Assembly (NCBI GenBank): GCA_949290865.1
Contig: CASETM010000074.1
Coordinates: 26,998-90,997 of the forward strand
DNA from: an uncultured Bacillota bacterium
Lineage (GTDB): Bacteria > Bacillota_I > Bacilli_A > Erysipelotrichales > Coprobacillaceae
Direction of reading: 5' to 3'
DNA length: 64,000 bases
Shown: piece after piece, positions 38,834-49,870 of the stretch
Numbering within the stretch: the first letter of the stretch is position 1
Layout of the letters: each line of letters opens with the position of its first letter
Translations under genes and position numbers: made by a program
The notes under the pieces: model-generated
Database searches by the model: none
Seen by the model: the letters and a program-made list of their open reading frames with translations, nothing else
What the model was told of the DNA's origin: nothing

Positions 38834-40984
38834 ATGAGTAAACAAGTGTTTAGTACAGATTTTTACGGGAAAAATCTGACAGTAGAAGTGGGTGAATTAG
38901 CGAAACAGGCTAATGGAAGTGTGTTAGTAAGATATGATGACACTGTCATATTATCAACAGCTGTTGCTGGAAAAGAACCAAAAATGGTTGATTTCTTTCC
39001 TTTAACAGTTACATATGAAGAAAAGTTATATTCGGTAGGAAAGATTCCAGGTGGATTTTTAAAACGCGAAGGGCGTCCAAGTGAACATGGAACCTTAACT
39101 GCCAGAATGATAGATAGACCAATCCGTCCATTGTTTGCAGATGGATTCAGAAATGAAGTTCAAGTTGTCAATACAGTTTTATCTGTTGATCAGCAGGCTT
39201 CTCCTGAAATGGCAGCAATGTTGGGTGCATCATTAGCTCTTTGTATATCAGATATTCCATTCAATGGACCAATTGCAGGTGTCAATGTTGGTTTGATTGA
39301 TGGTGAATTTACGATTAATGCTGGTCCTGAAGCTATGGAAAGAAGTCTGATCAATCTGGAAGTTGCAGGAACAAAAGATGCAATCAATATGGTTGAAGCT
39401 GATGCCAAAGAAGTTGACGAAGAAACGATGCTGAATGCTTTGCTGTTTGGTCATGAAGCCATTAAAGAATTGATTGCCTTCGAAGAACAGGTTGTTGAAG
39501 CATGTGGAAAAGAAAAAATTGAAATACCTTTATTTGAATTAGATGAAGCGCTGGTTGCGGAAGTGACAGCAAACTGTAATGATGAAATGGTTGCAGCAGT
39601 TTCAATTCCTGGGAAGCTGGAAAGATATGCAGCAATTGATGAAATCATGGCACGTGTTACTGCTGAATACGAAGAAAAAGAATATGAAGATGATGAAACA
39701 AAAGAATCAGTATTAAAGCAGGTTGGTATTATTCTGCATGATCTTGAAAAAAATGAAGTCAGAAGACTGATTACTGAAGAAAAAATCAGACCAGATGGTC
39801 GTAAGATCGATGAAGTCCGTCCATTAAATGCACAGGTTGATTTATTGCCAAGGGTTCACGGTTCAGCTTTATTTACAAGAGGTGAAACTCAGGTTCTTTC
39901 TGTGTGTACATTAGGTGCAATGGGTGAAGTTCAAAAAATTGATGGTTTAGGACTGGAAGACCAGAAACGTTTCATGCATCATTATAATTTCCCACCATAT
40001 TCAGTTGGTGAAACAGGAAGAATGGGTGCTCCTGGACGTCGTGAAATCGGACATGGGGCATTGGGAGAACGTGCTTTGGCACAGGTTATTCCAAGTGAAA
40101 AAGATTTCCCATACACAATTCGTGTTGTTTCTGAAGTTCTTGAATCGAATGGATCAAGTTCTCAGGCTTCGATCTGTGCTTCATCAATGGCCTTGATGGC
40201 TGCCGGTGTTCCTATTTCTAATCCAGTTGCTGGAGTTGCCATGGGACTTGTTAAAAAAGGTGATGACTATACGATTCTGACAGATATCCAGGGGATGGAA
40301 GATCATCTTGGTGATATGGACTTTAAAGTTGCCGGAACAAAAAACGGAATCTGTGCATTACAGATGGATATCAAAATTGATGGTATTACCAAAGAAATCT
40401 TACAGGAAGCTTTGGCTCAGGCCAAAGTTGGACGTCAGCAGATCATGGACTGCATGTTAGGAGCAATCGAAGAACCAAGACCAGAATTGTCAAAATATGC
40501 ACCAAAAGTCTATACGATGCATATCGATCCTGATCAGATCAGAGAAGTTATTGGTCGTGGTGGTGAAACAATCAATGATATTATTGAACAGGCTCATGAT
40601 GTTAAGATCGATATTGAACAGGATGGGACTGTTGTTATCTATCACAGCGATCAGGAAGCCATTGATATTGCAGTGTCACTAATCGAAAAAATCGTGAAAA
40701 AAGCACAGGTTGGTGAAATTTATGATGGTACTGTAGCGAGAGTTGCTGATAATTATGCCTTTGTTACACTGTTTGAAGGAACTGATGGTTTCCTGCATGT
40801 TTCTGACTGGGCTTATGAAAGAACAGCAAAACTGTCAGATGTATGTAAAGTAGGGGATCGTGTCAAAGTTAAAGTCACAAAGGTTGATGATAAAGGAAAA
40901 GTCAACGTTTCAAGAAAAGCTTTACAGCCAAAACCAATCAAAAAAGATCACAGTAAAGACGAAAACAGACATGAAGACAAATAA
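38834..40984 (+). CDS. pnp: Polyribonucleotide nucleotidyltransferase (PNPase)
   Basis: [46 protein letters not shown]; KH and S1 domains. Confidence 0.98.
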   Translation: MSKQVFSTDFYGKNLTVEVGELAKQANGSVLVRYDDTVILSTAVAGKEPKMVDFFPLTVTYEEKLYSVGKIPGGFLKREGRPSEHGTLTARMIDRPIRPLFADGFRNEVQVVNTVLSVDQQASPEMAAMLGASLALCISDIPFNGPIAGVNVGLIDGEFTINAGPEAMERSLINLEVAGTKDAINMVEADAKEVDEETMLNALLFGHEAIKELIAFEEQVVEACGKEKIEIPLFELDEALVAEVTANCNDEMVAAVSIPGKLERYAAIDEIMARVTAEYEEKEYEDDETKESVLKQVGIILHDLEKNEVRRLITEEKIRPDGRKIDEVRPLNAQVDLLPRVHGSALFTRGETQVLSVCTLGAMGEVQKIDGLGLEDQKRFMHHYNFPPYSVGETGRMGAPGRREIGHGALGERALAQVIPSEKDFPYTIRVVSEVLESNGSSSQASICASSMALMAAGVPISNPVAGVAMGLVKKGDDYTILTDIQGMEDHLGDMDFKVAGTKNGICALQMDIKIDGITKEILQEALAQAKVGRQQIMDCMLGAIEEPRPELSKYAPKVYTMHIDPDQIREVIGRGGETINDIIEQAHDVKIDIEQDGTVVIYHSDQEAIDIAVSLIEKIVKKAQVGEIYDGTVARVADNYAFVTLFEGTDGFLHVSDWAYERTAKLSDVCKVGDRVKVKVTKVDDKGKVNVSRKALQPKPIKKDHSKDENRHEDK

Positions 40985-41540
40985 GATCATTCTGGCAAGC
41001 AGTTCACCAAGAAGAAAGGAACTGTTTGAAAAATATCAGCTTGACTATCTTATCGATTATGTAGATACTGATGAAAAACTGGATAGTCAGCTGAATCTTT
41101 GTCAGCAGATAGAACAGATTGCCTTAAATAAAGCCAGACCGCTTAAAGAAAAATATCCTGATCAAACGATCATTGCTGCGGATACAATGGTTACGATTGA
41201 TCAGCAGATGCTGGGAAAACCTAAAGACCGCGATGATGCCAGAAACATGCTGAAAAAACTTTCAGGGAAAAGACAACTTGTTATTTCGGCAGTCTGTATC
41301 ATTCATCATGGTCAGGAAATCACTTTTAATGATGGTACCATAGTCGTTTTCAAAGAGCTCAGCGATCAGGAAATTGAAGAATATCTTGATACAAATGAGT
41401 GGATCAATAAGGCTGGAGCCTATGCTATTCAAGGAAAAGGGAAAGCATTTGTTGAAAAAATTTATGGTGATAAAGAGACTGTTATTGGCATGCCAATGCG
41501 GCTGATTATGAACTATATAAAAAAAGGAAAAATTGATTAA
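40971..41540 (+). CDS. maf: Maf-family nucleotide pyrophosphatase
   Basis: [34 protein letters not shown]. Confidence 0.92.
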   Translation: MKTNKIILASSSPRRKELFEKYQLDYLIDYVDTDEKLDSQLNLCQQIEQIALNKARPLKEKYPDQTIIAADTMVTIDQQMLGKPKDRDDARNMLKKLSGKRQLVISAVCIIHHGQEITFNDGTIVVFKELSDQEIEEYLDTNEWINKAGAYAIQGKGKAFVEKIYGDKETVIGMPMRLIMNYIKKGKID

Positions 41541-41556
41541 AATTAAAATAAAAAAA

Positions 41557-41572
41557 TGTGATAATTTTCACA
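41557..41572. promoter_or_regulatory. TGTGA-N6-TCACA palindrome (Crp/Fnr-family or Rex-like operator) upstream of the pfk promoter
   Basis: AAA-TGTGA-TAATTT-TCACA-TTT; promoter TTGTTT(41579)-17-TATAAT(41602). Confidence 0.6.
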
Positions 41573-41633
41573 TTTAGGTTGTTTTTTTACAATGAAATCT
41601 CTATAATATTAACGGATAGATGGAGGGAAAGAT

Positions 41634-42752
41634 ATGACAAATAAAATAAAAAGAATAGCGTTATTATCTGGTGGTGGAGACTGTCCAGGTTTGAATGCTG
41701 TTATCAGAACAATTACGAAGACTGCTATTAATAAATACGGTTATGAAGTTATTGGTTTTGTTTATGGATATCGTGGATTATACAATAATGACTATATTGA
41801 ATTAACTGAAGAAAAAGTTGAATCAATCTATAAAGAAGGAGGAACCATCTTATTCAGTTCGAATAAAGATAATCTTTTTGATTATCTTGTTGATGATGGA
41901 AAAGGTGGTAAAGTGAAAAAAGATGTTTCAGATGTTGCTGTAGAAAATCTGAAAAAAGACGGTGTTGATGTTCTGGTTATCTTAGGTGGTGACGGAACTT
42001 TGACAAGTGCTCGTGATTTTTCTAGAAAAGGTGTTAACGTTATTGGTGTTCCTAAAACAATGGACAACGATTTGGCTAGTACTGATGTTACATATGGATT
42101 TATTTCAGCAATGACTGTTGGTACTGAATTTATCGACAGATTACAGACTACAGCAAAATCTCATCACAGAGTTATCTGCTGTGAACTGATGGGAAGAGAT
42201 GCTGGATGGATCACTCTTTATGCTGGATTAGCAGGCAATGCAGGTGTATGTCTGATTCCTGAAATTCCTTTTACAATTGAAAATATTGCGAAAGCTGTTA
42301 AAAAACGTGATGAAGCTGGATTACCTTACACGGTTATTGCGGTTGCTGAAGGAGCAAAATATGCTGATGGAACTAAAGTCATTGGTAAGATCGTAGAAGA
42401 TTCACCTGATCCAATCCGTTTAGGTGGAATTGCTGCGAAAGTTGCTGATGATCTGGAAAAAGTTATTCCTAACCATGAAGTTCGTTCAGTAAATCCTGGA
42501 CATATCATTCGTGGTGGTGATATTTCAGCATATGATAGAATCTTATCAATTCGTTACGGTGTAGCAGCTGTTGATCTGATCCATGAAGGTAAATTTGGAA
42601 ATGTTGTAACTATCAATGGTGATCAAATGGGTTATACTTCATTAGAAGAAGTTATCGGAGCTGCAAAAGTCGGTCAACAAAAACATGTTGATCCAAACGG
42701 TGAACTGGTCAAAGCTGCAAAAGCAATCGGTGTAAGTTTCGGTGATGAATAA
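41634..42752 (+). CDS. pfkA: 6-phosphofructokinase (PfkA family)
   Basis: GGGDCPGLNAVIR, GGDGT, VPKTMDND, ELMGRDAG. Confidence 0.92.
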   Translation: MTNKIKRIALLSGGGDCPGLNAVIRTITKTAINKYGYEVIGFVYGYRGLYNNDYIELTEEKVESIYKEGGTILFSSNKDNLFDYLVDDGKGGKVKKDVSDVAVENLKKDGVDVLVILGGDGTLTSARDFSRKGVNVIGVPKTMDNDLASTDVTYGFISAMTVGTEFIDRLQTTAKSHHRVICCELMGRDAGWITLYAGLAGNAGVCLIPEIPFTIENIAKAVKKRDEAGLPYTVIAVAEGAKYADGTKVIGKIVEDSPDPIRLGGIAAKVADDLEKVIPNHEVRSVNPGHIIRGGDISAYDRILSIRYGVAAVDLIHEGKFGNVVTINGDQMGYTSLEEVIGAAKVGQQKHVDPNGELVKAAKAIGVSFGDE

Positions 42753-42756
42753 TATC

Positions 42757-42786
42757 AAAAGCGATGTCTAAGACATCGTTTTTTTA
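42757..42786 (+). terminator. Intrinsic terminator
   Basis: AAAAGCGATGTC-TAA-GACATCGTTTTTTTT. Confidence 0.8.
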
Positions 42787-42863
42787 TTAAGACCTTTTTT
42801 TTCCATAAAGTTTCCATATTATGTTTAATAAATTTGTTTATATTATCATTGGAGGTAATAGTT

Positions 42864-44270
42864 ATGGTAAAAAATGCGTTTTTAAGTATTAAGAAAAATT
42901 TAGGAAAAACAATATTGCTGTTTGTCATTATGTTTGTTATTGCAAATCTTGTCATTGCTGGCTTTGCAATAAAAAATGCATCAGCAAAATCAGTAAACGC
43001 TATCAAAAGTACCCTGAGTAATGAAGTAACGCTATCAGTTGATTTCAAAAATATGATGAAAAATCGAAATAAAGAAGAAACTGATACAATAGATGCGACA
43101 CTGACAACAGCAATTGCTGATCAGTTAAAAGATCTGCAATATGTGGAAAACTACAATTATATGATTTCTGCTTATGTCGACAGCAGTTTGACCGCTGTTG
43201 AAACTGACACGACATCAGATGATGAAAATGATCTTGGTAGAAAACAGATGGAAAGCCGTTCTGATTTTACTTTACAGGCAAATACAACAATGAAATATCT
43301 GTCTGATTTTACTGATGAAAATTACACTTTGATCGAGGGTAGACTGCTTAGTGAGGAAGACAGCGGTACCAGCAATTGTGTTATTGAAACCAATCTTGCT
43401 GATGAAAATAATCTCAATGTTGGTGATACCTTGACAATAACATCAGCTGATGATAGCTCTATTTCAGTTGAATTAACCATTGTCGGTATATTTGAAATTG
43501 AAAATACAGCGACAGATATGAAAATGATGAATACAAATCCAGTCAATACCATTTATACTGACCTTTCTATTGGTATGTTAATGAATAATGATGACACAAC
43601 GCTTTCATCAGCGACCTATTATCTGGATGATCCAGAAAATGTTGAAGTATTTGAAAAACTTGTTGAAGAAGAAACTGATGTTGATCTTGATACCTTCAGT
43701 CTTAGCAGTAATAACCAGCTGTTTCAGAATAATTCCTCATCAATTGATAATATTTCTTCTTTTGCAACACTCTTTCTGATTGTTGTTGTAGTTGCGGGGT
43801 GTGCGATTCTTTGTCTCATTCTGGCATTGACCATTAGAAGCCGTTACTATGAAATTGGAGTGTTTTTATCACTAGGACAAAGCAAAATCAAGATTATTGG
43901 TCAGCAGCTCATTGAAATTGGACTAATTGCTGCTATTGCTTTTACCTTGTCTCTAGCAACAGGTAAAATGACAGCAAATATCATCAGTGGCATGTTGACA
44001 ACAAACGATCACGAAATGGTGATGAAAATTGATGAAACAGAAGGCAGCAGTGATACTATGGAAAGCCAGTCAAGAGGGGGAAGAGGATTTGACTTTAATA
44101 ATGCGTTCCAGCAGCCAGAAAATGAAGAATTAGATGTTTCTTTGACTGGTGAAACGATTATCAAACTTCTGGGAACAACAGCACTTATCTGTGTTGTTTC
44201 AACAATAGTTCCTACGATCTATATTTTGCGATTATCACCTCGTGAAATTTTAACAAGAAAGAAAGGTTAA
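42864..44270 (+). CDS. FtsX/MacB-like ABC transporter permease
   Basis: N-terminal TM helix, large acidic extracellular domain, R..EIGV..SLG..K..I, three C-terminal TM helices. Confidence 0.85.
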   Translation: MVKNAFLSIKKNLGKTILLFVIMFVIANLVIAGFAIKNASAKSVNAIKSTLSNEVTLSVDFKNMMKNRNKEETDTIDATLTTAIADQLKDLQYVENYNYMISAYVDSSLTAVETDTTSDDENDLGRKQMESRSDFTLQANTTMKYLSDFTDENYTLIEGRLLSEEDSGTSNCVIETNLADENNLNVGDTLTITSADDSSISVELTIVGIFEIENTATDMKMMNTNPVNTIYTDLSIGMLMNNDDTTLSSATYYLDDPENVEVFEKLVEEETDVDLDTFSLSSNNQLFQNNSSSIDNISSFATLFLIVVVVAGCAILCLILALTIRSRYYEIGVFLSLGQSKIKIIGQQLIEIGLIAAIAFTLSLATGKMTANIISGMLTTNDHEMVMKIDETEGSSDTMESQSRGGRGFDFNNAFQQPENEELDVSLTGETIIKLLGTTALICVVSTIVPTIYILRLSPREILTRKKG

Positions 44271-44944
44271 TGATGAATAATATATTAGAATTTCAAAATG
44301 TAACCTATCATTATCAGGATGGAAAAAGCCAAAATATCATTCTTGAACATGCATCATATTCATTTGAGAAAGGGAAAATATACGCAATTGAAGGTCCCAG
44401 CGGCAGTGGAAAAACGACAACCATTATTCTTGCTGGCGGCCTTGACAAGCCTAAAAACGGACTTGTTCTTTTTAAAGGAGAGGATTTGCAGAAAATAGGG
44501 TTAAGTAAATACAGACAGAAAAATGTTTCAATCGTTTTTCAGTCATATAATCTTATTTACTATATGAATGCTTTGGACAATGTTCTAAATGCTTTGAATA
44601 TTGCCAAAATAAAGAGACCGGACAAAAAAAATCACTGTTTGGAAATACTCAAGAAACTTGGCTTAAGTGAAGAAGAATGTCTTCGTGACATCAGAAAGCT
44701 TTCGGGAGGACAGCAACAAAGAGTGGCCATTGCCAGAGCAATCGCCAAGGATGTTGATTTGATCCTGGCAGATGAACCAACAGGAAATCTTGATGAAAAG
44801 AAATCATTAGAAATCATGCGATATTTTATTGAACTAGCGCATCAGCAGGATAAATGTGTGATCCTGGTTACACATTCCAAAGAGCTGGCGCAATTATGTG
44901 ATGTTACACTACAGATCAAAGAGGGCAGGCTGATTAATGCTTAG
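44270..44944 (+). CDS. ABC transporter ATP-binding protein (LolD/MacB-type)
   Basis: [34 protein letters not shown]. Confidence 0.93.
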   Translation: MMNNILEFQNVTYHYQDGKSQNIILEHASYSFEKGKIYAIEGPSGSGKTTTIILAGGLDKPKNGLVLFKGEDLQKIGLSKYRQKNVSIVFQSYNLIYYMNALDNVLNALNIAKIKRPDKKNHCLEILKKLGLSEEECLRDIRKLSGGQQQRVAIARAIAKDVDLILADEPTGNLDEKKSLEIMRYFIELAHQQDKCVILVTHSKELAQLCDVTLQIKEGRLINA

Positions 44945-45825
44945 CCCTCTTCTTCGTTAATTGGACTTTTAATTGGATGACGGTGATCATGACTTTTATC
45001 ATAATGAAGCTTGATATTCATATAATCATCATATTTTTTTTGAAATATCATTGAAAAAATGAGATCTAACAGAAAAGTAATAGATGTTTTCGAAGAGAAA
45101 GGAGCGATCTTATTAAAGATTTTTTCTCTTGAACCGGTGTTTACGACAAATGTACAGAATTTCGACAGTTGATTCTCACCCAGGCTGGTGATTCCTAGAA
45201 TCGGAATTTTTTTATTCTTTAAGATCTGTGCCAGATCAATGAGATCCGCTGTTTCACCAGAGTACGAAATTATCAAAGCAATATCATTTTCTTTGCAGTT
45301 ATAGGCCAAAAAAATCTGTTCACCTATAATTTCTCTGATTTCAACAAGTTTGCCAATCCGCAACATTTTATGCTGAAATTCCATGGCTGCCAGCATTGAA
45401 TTTCCAGCCCCAAAAATAAAGACCCGCTGTGCCTCATCTATCTGATTAATAATGCCTTCAAGCTTTTCAAAATCAATCAGACTTAAAGTATCCTCAATGG
45501 ATTCCTGATGCAGTGATGCCAGTTTGTATGCAATCTGGTGACTGTCATCAGTTTTTGAAAAAGGATAGTTGACATCAATTCTATTTTTAATTTTATGCTC
45601 TGCCTGCAGTTCAGCAGAATACTTGATCTTAAAATCACCATATCCCTGCAGTCCTAGCTTATGGCATAATCTGACGATCGTTGCAGGTGAGGTATATGTT
45701 TTTTTTGCCAGTTCTTTGATAGGCATTTCCAGGACGTCTTCCTGTTGGTCCAAGATGTAACGGGCAATATTTTTTTCTGAATCACTGAAATCCAGTTCAA
45801 ATTCTAATTGTGTCATTATACTCAT
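44941..45825 (-). CDS. MurR/RpiR-family transcriptional regulator (HTH + SIS)
   Basis: SPATIVRLCHKLG..GY..FK, IFGAGNS, ISYSGET. Confidence 0.92.
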   Translation of the reverse strand: MSIMTQLEFELDFSDSEKNIARYILDQQEDVLEMPIKELAKKTYTSPATIVRLCHKLGLQGYGDFKIKYSAELQAEHKIKNRIDVNYPFSKTDDSHQIAYKLASLHQESIEDTLSLIDFEKLEGIINQIDEAQRVFIFGAGNSMLAAMEFQHKMLRIGKLVEIREIIGEQIFLAYNCKENDIALIISYSGETADLIDLAQILKNKKIPILGITSLGENQLSKFCTFVVNTGSREKIFNKIAPFSSKTSITFLLDLIFSMIFQKKYDDYMNIKLHYDKSHDHRHPIKSPINEEEG

Positions 45826-45862
45826 GAATTTTTCTCCTTCCCCCTGGTGATAACAGTATAAC

Positions 45863-45913
45863 ATGAAACTTTATTTCATAAAACTTGTAAATTTAATATG
45901 AATTATGAAACTT
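45863..45913. promoter_or_regulatory. Putative RpiR operator in the divergent rpiR/GH1 promoter
   Basis: ATGAAA-CTTTA-TTTCAT palindrome (45863-45879) plus a repeated ATGAAACTT half-site (45905-45913). Confidence 0.5.
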
Positions 45914-45993
45914 AATAAAAACACTTTGTCGTGCTGTTTACATCCGGTTTTCAAGCAGTTAAAATGAAATCAGGTAAACAAAGGAGAACGAAT

Positions 45994-47406
45994 ATGGAAA
46001 AAAAATTAGCTGAAGATTTTTATTGGGGTGGATCAGTTTCATCATTTCAAACCGAAGGACATCGTCATGAAGGTGGAAAAGGATTGTGTGTCTATGATGT
46101 AAGACCAATGAATCCTGAATTTTCTGACTGGAATGATGCTATTGATGAGTATACCCGTTATGATGAGGATATTGAATTAATGAAACAGATGGGATTTAAT
46201 TTTTATCGTTTCAGTATTTGCTGGGCACGTATCATTCCTAATGGAACAATTGATGAACCAGTGAATGAAGAAGGTATTCAATTTTACAGTGATCTGATTG
46301 ATAAGCTTATTGCTGCTGGTATCGAACCAATGATCACTCTGGTTCATTTTGATATGCCTTATCATCTTGTTGAAAAATATAATGGGTTTGCTTCAAGATA
46401 TGTTGTTGACTGTTTTGAAAGATATGCTCAGGTTTGTATTGAAAGATTTGGTGACCGTGTCAAACACTGGATGAGCTTTAATGAACAGAATTTACATAGC
46501 ATGATGTTACGTGTATCAAATGCTGAAGAAATTCCAGAAGGTGTATCAATGCCAAAACATTTGTATCAGGTCGCTCACAATGTCATGATGGCACACTGTA
46601 AAGCTGTTCGTGCATTAAGACAGATGCAGCCAGATGCTAAATTCTGCGGAATGGGTGCGATTACTAATGTTTATCCTTATGAAAACAGTCCAGAAAACTA
46701 TTTATTCGCAACTCAGGCATATCAGTTGTTAAACACTTATCTGATTGATACATTTGCAAAAGGTGAATATCCTGCATACTGGAATGCTTATCTAGAAAAC
46801 AGAGGATGGACACCAGAATTTGAAGATGGTGATGAAGAGCTGTTAAAATATACTGTTGATTATATTGCTTTCTCATATTATCGTTCTAATACGGTAAAAA
46901 CAGGACATTTTGACTATGAAAGACCAGCATGTGAATGTGTCAATGAACAACAGATTCAGAATCCTCATTGCTGGGCAAATGAATGGGGATGGGAAGTTGA
47001 TCCAATTGGTTTTAGATGGACATTGAATGATCTATGTCATAGAACTGGATTGCCAGTATTTGTTCTGGAAAACGGTATTGGATGGCGTGAAGATATGACT
47101 CAGGCTGAAATTGATCAGATGCTGGCAGAAGGCAGAACAATTGAAGATGATTACCGTATCAATTATCATCGTGATCATATTAAAGAAATGAAAAATGCAA
47201 TTTTTGAAGATGGTGTTAACTGCCTGGGATATATTACCTGGGGACCAATTGATATTCTTGCTTCAATGTGCAACATGGATAAGCGTTATGGTTTCGTTTA
47301 TGTCAATCGTACCAACAAGGATTTAAGAGATATGAAACGTATTCCTAAAAAATCTTTCTATTGGGTCAAAAAAGCATTTTCTTCAAATGGAGAAGATTTA
47401 GATTAA
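45994..47406 (+). CDS. Glycoside hydrolase family 1 (6-phospho-beta-glucosidase-like)
   Basis: F.WGG....FQTEG, YRFSICWARI, SFNEQ (acid/base), LENG (nucleophile), KRYGFVYV. Confidence 0.92.
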   Translation: MEKKLAEDFYWGGSVSSFQTEGHRHEGGKGLCVYDVRPMNPEFSDWNDAIDEYTRYDEDIELMKQMGFNFYRFSICWARIIPNGTIDEPVNEEGIQFYSDLIDKLIAAGIEPMITLVHFDMPYHLVEKYNGFASRYVVDCFERYAQVCIERFGDRVKHWMSFNEQNLHSMMLRVSNAEEIPEGVSMPKHLYQVAHNVMMAHCKAVRALRQMQPDAKFCGMGAITNVYPYENSPENYLFATQAYQLLNTYLIDTFAKGEYPAYWNAYLENRGWTPEFEDGDEELLKYTVDYIAFSYYRSNTVKTGHFDYERPACECVNEQQIQNPHCWANEWGWEVDPIGFRWTLNDLCHRTGLPVFVLENGIGWREDMTQAEIDQMLAEGRTIEDDYRINYHRDHIKEMKNAIFEDGVNCLGYITWGPIDILASMCNMDKRYGFVYVNRTNKDLRDMKRIPKKSFYWVKKAFSSNGEDLD

Positions 47407-47429
47407 CAAGAGAAATTTCTCTTGTTTTT
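47405..47429 (+). terminator. Intrinsic terminator
   Basis: AACAAGAGA-AATT-TCTCTTGTTTTT. Confidence 0.75.
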
Positions 47430-47480
47430 CTTTTGATAAATAAAATGATACTGTTAAAGCAGAAAAAAGCTTTCCTGTTT

Positions 47481-47554
47481 TTAGCACTTTATTATTGACA
47501 CTGCTAAAATAAAGTAATATACTATCTTTAGCAGTTTTAAAGAAAGAGTGCTAA
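47481..47554 (+). promoter_or_regulatory. Two tandem CIRCE elements (HrcA operators) around a sigma-A promoter
   Basis: TTAGCACTT-N9-CACTGCTAA (47481-47507) and TTAGCAGTT-N9-GAGTGCTAA (47528-47554); TTGACA(47495)-17-TATACT(47518). Confidence 0.85.
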
Positions 47555-47568
47555 AAGGAGATGTAATC

Positions 47569-49461
47569 ATGGCAAAACAAGAATTTAAAGCAGAATCAAA
47601 AAGATTATTGGATCTAATGATCAATTCTATTTATACACATAAAGAAATATTTTTGAGAGAATTAATCTCGAATGCCAGTGACGCTACAGATAAGCTTTAT
47701 TATAAAGCGCTGACTGAAAATATTTCTGGTATCAATAGAAGTGAACTGTCTATCGATATTTCACTGGACAAGGATCAAAGGACACTGACGATCAAAGATC
47801 ATGGTATCGGAATGACTAGAGAAGAACTTGAAGAAAATCTAGGAACGATTGCCAACAGTGGTTCATTTAAGTTTAAAGCAGAAAACGAAAGCAAAGACGA
47901 TGATATTGATATCATCGGTCAGTTTGGTGTTGGTTTCTATTCAGCCTTTATGGTGGCTAAAAAAGTAGAAGTTATGTCTAAAGCCTATGGCAGTGACCAG
48001 GGATATACATGGGTTTCTGAAGCCAGTGATGGTTATGAAATCTTTGAAACAGATGGATTAGAAAGCGGAACAACGATTAAACTTTATTTAAAAGATAACA
48101 CTGAAGAAGAAAGTTATGATGAATATCTGGAACAGTATACTATTGAAAGACTTGTCAGAAAATATTCTGATTATATTCATTATCCAATCAAAATGGATGT
48201 CACTGTTTCTAAGAAGAAAGAAGACAGTGGTGAATATGAAGACGTTGTTGAAAATAAAACATTGAATTCAATGGTTCCATTATGGAAGAGAAAGAAAAGC
48301 GAAATCACTGAAGAAGAATACAATGAATTTTATAAAGATAAATTCAATGATTTCAGTGATCCACTGAAAGTCATTCATACCAGTGTAGAAGGAAATGTTT
48401 CTTATGATGCTTTACTGTTTATTCCAAGTCAGGCACCAATGAATTATTATTCGAATGACTATGAAAAAGGTTTACAGCTGTACAGCCGTGGTGTCTTTAT
48501 CATGGATAAAGCTAGTGATTTGATTCCAGAACATTTCCGTTTCGTGAAAGGTCTGGTTGATTCACAAGACCTGTCATTAAATATTTCAAGAGAAATGCTG
48601 CAGCATGACAGACAATTAAAGATTATTGCTGACCGTATTGAAAAGAAAATTCAAAGTGAACTAACAAATATGTTAAACAAAGACAGAGAAACTTATGAAA
48701 AATTCTTCGATACATTTGGTTTACAGCTGAAATTTGGTATCTATCAAAGCTATGGTATGCTAAAAGACAAACTTCAGGATCTGTTGCTGTTCTATTCAGG
48801 TAATCAGGAAAAAATGATTACGTTGAAAGAATATGTTGAAAACATGAAAGAAGGGCAGACAGAAATCTACTTTGGCAGTGGTGAAACAAAAGAAAAAATA
48901 TCTGCCTTGCCTCAGGTAGAAGCTGTAAAAGACAGAGGATTTGATGTTCTGTACATGATGGATAATGTTGATGAATTTATGATCCAGATGATGAGAGATT
49001 ATGATTCAAAAGCATTTAAAAATGTGGCTCAGGGAGATCTTAATCTGGAAAGTGAAGAAGAAAAGAAAGAACTTGAAAAAGTGAATGAAGAAAACAAATC
49101 ATTGCTTGATTCTCTAAAAGAGGCTTTAAAAGATAAAGTTGTTGATGTTAAAATTTCTTCTCGTTTAAAAACTCATCCAGTATGCCTTATTTCAGATCAA
49201 GGTGTTTCCTTTGAAATGGAAAAGGTTTTAAATGCGATGCCAGATGGTCAAAATGTTAAAGCAGGAAGAATTCTGGAAATCAATCCACATCATGATATTT
49301 TTAAAGCAATGCAGAATGTTCAGGAAAAACATCCAGAAAAAATCAATGACTATGCATCAATTTTATTTGATCAGGCATTACTGATTGAAGGTTTCTCAAT
49401 TGAAAATCCTGTTGAATTCTCAAATAAAATCTGTGATTTAATGATTGAATTAAACAAATAA
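47569..49461 (+). CDS. htpG: Molecular chaperone HtpG (Hsp90)
   Basis: SIYTHKEIFLRELISNASDA, GTIANSG, IGQFGVGFYS, DL.LNISREMLQ. Confidence 0.98.
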   Translation: MAKQEFKAESKRLLDLMINSIYTHKEIFLRELISNASDATDKLYYKALTENISGINRSELSIDISLDKDQRTLTIKDHGIGMTREELEENLGTIANSGSFKFKAENESKDDDIDIIGQFGVGFYSAFMVAKKVEVMSKAYGSDQGYTWVSEASDGYEIFETDGLESGTTIKLYLKDNTEEESYDEYLEQYTIERLVRKYSDYIHYPIKMDVTVSKKKEDSGEYEDVVENKTLNSMVPLWKRKKSEITEEEYNEFYKDKFNDFSDPLKVIHTSVEGNVSYDALLFIPSQAPMNYYSNDYEKGLQLYSRGVFIMDKASDLIPEHFRFVKGLVDSQDLSLNISREMLQHDRQLKIIADRIEKKIQSELTNMLNKDRETYEKFFDTFGLQLKFGIYQSYGMLKDKLQDLLLFYSGNQEKMITLKEYVENMKEGQTEIYFGSGETKEKISALPQVEAVKDRGFDVLYMMDNVDEFMIQMMRDYDSKAFKNVAQGDLNLESEEEKKELEKVNEENKSLLDSLKEALKDKVVDVKISSRLKTHPVCLISDQGVSFEMEKVLNAMPDGQNVKAGRILEINPHHDIFKAMQNVQEKHPEKINDYASILFDQALLIEGFSIENPVEFSNKICDLMIELNK

Positions 49462-49464
49462 TAC

Positions 49465-49491
49465 AAACCCATCAGTATGATGGGTTTTTTT
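49465..49491 (+). terminator. Intrinsic terminator
   Basis: AAACCCATCA-GTA-TGATGGGTTTTTTT. Confidence 0.82.
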
Positions 49492-49535
49492 GCATAAAAA
49501 AATAGTGTAAAATATAAAAAAAGGTGGTGAAATAC

Positions 49536-49859
49536 ATGTCAAGATCGGTTTTTCATGCAAAAACAATCAAAACCAGAGAAGAAGTATACCAGATTGCAAC
49601 AGCAATATTGGACAGCGATGGTTATAAACAGATTGACAGAAATGGAGAAACTGTATGGAAAAAAGGAACAGGAGCCATGACTGCTATGCATTTTATCAAA
49701 CTTGAATTTCAAGATGGTGATCTGATTATTTCTGGATGGGTCCAGATTGGTCTAGGCTCTGCTGGCTTGAACGATATGGATCTTACTGGATTTATTGGTG
49801 CTGTACCAAAAAAGACAACTTTTAAAACGATTCAGAAAATCCGAAAAGCGGTAATGTAA
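49536..49859 (+). CDS. Hypothetical protein
   Basis: 107-aa ORF with AAGGTGGTG SD; apparently co-transcribed with the nitroreductase gene. Confidence 0.7.
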   Translation: MSRSVFHAKTIKTREEVYQIATAILDSDGYKQIDRNGETVWKKGTGAMTAMHFIKLEFQDGDLIISGWVQIGLGSAGLNDMDLTGFIGAVPKKTTFKTIQKIRKAVM

Positions 49860-49870
49860 GGAGGGAAAAT

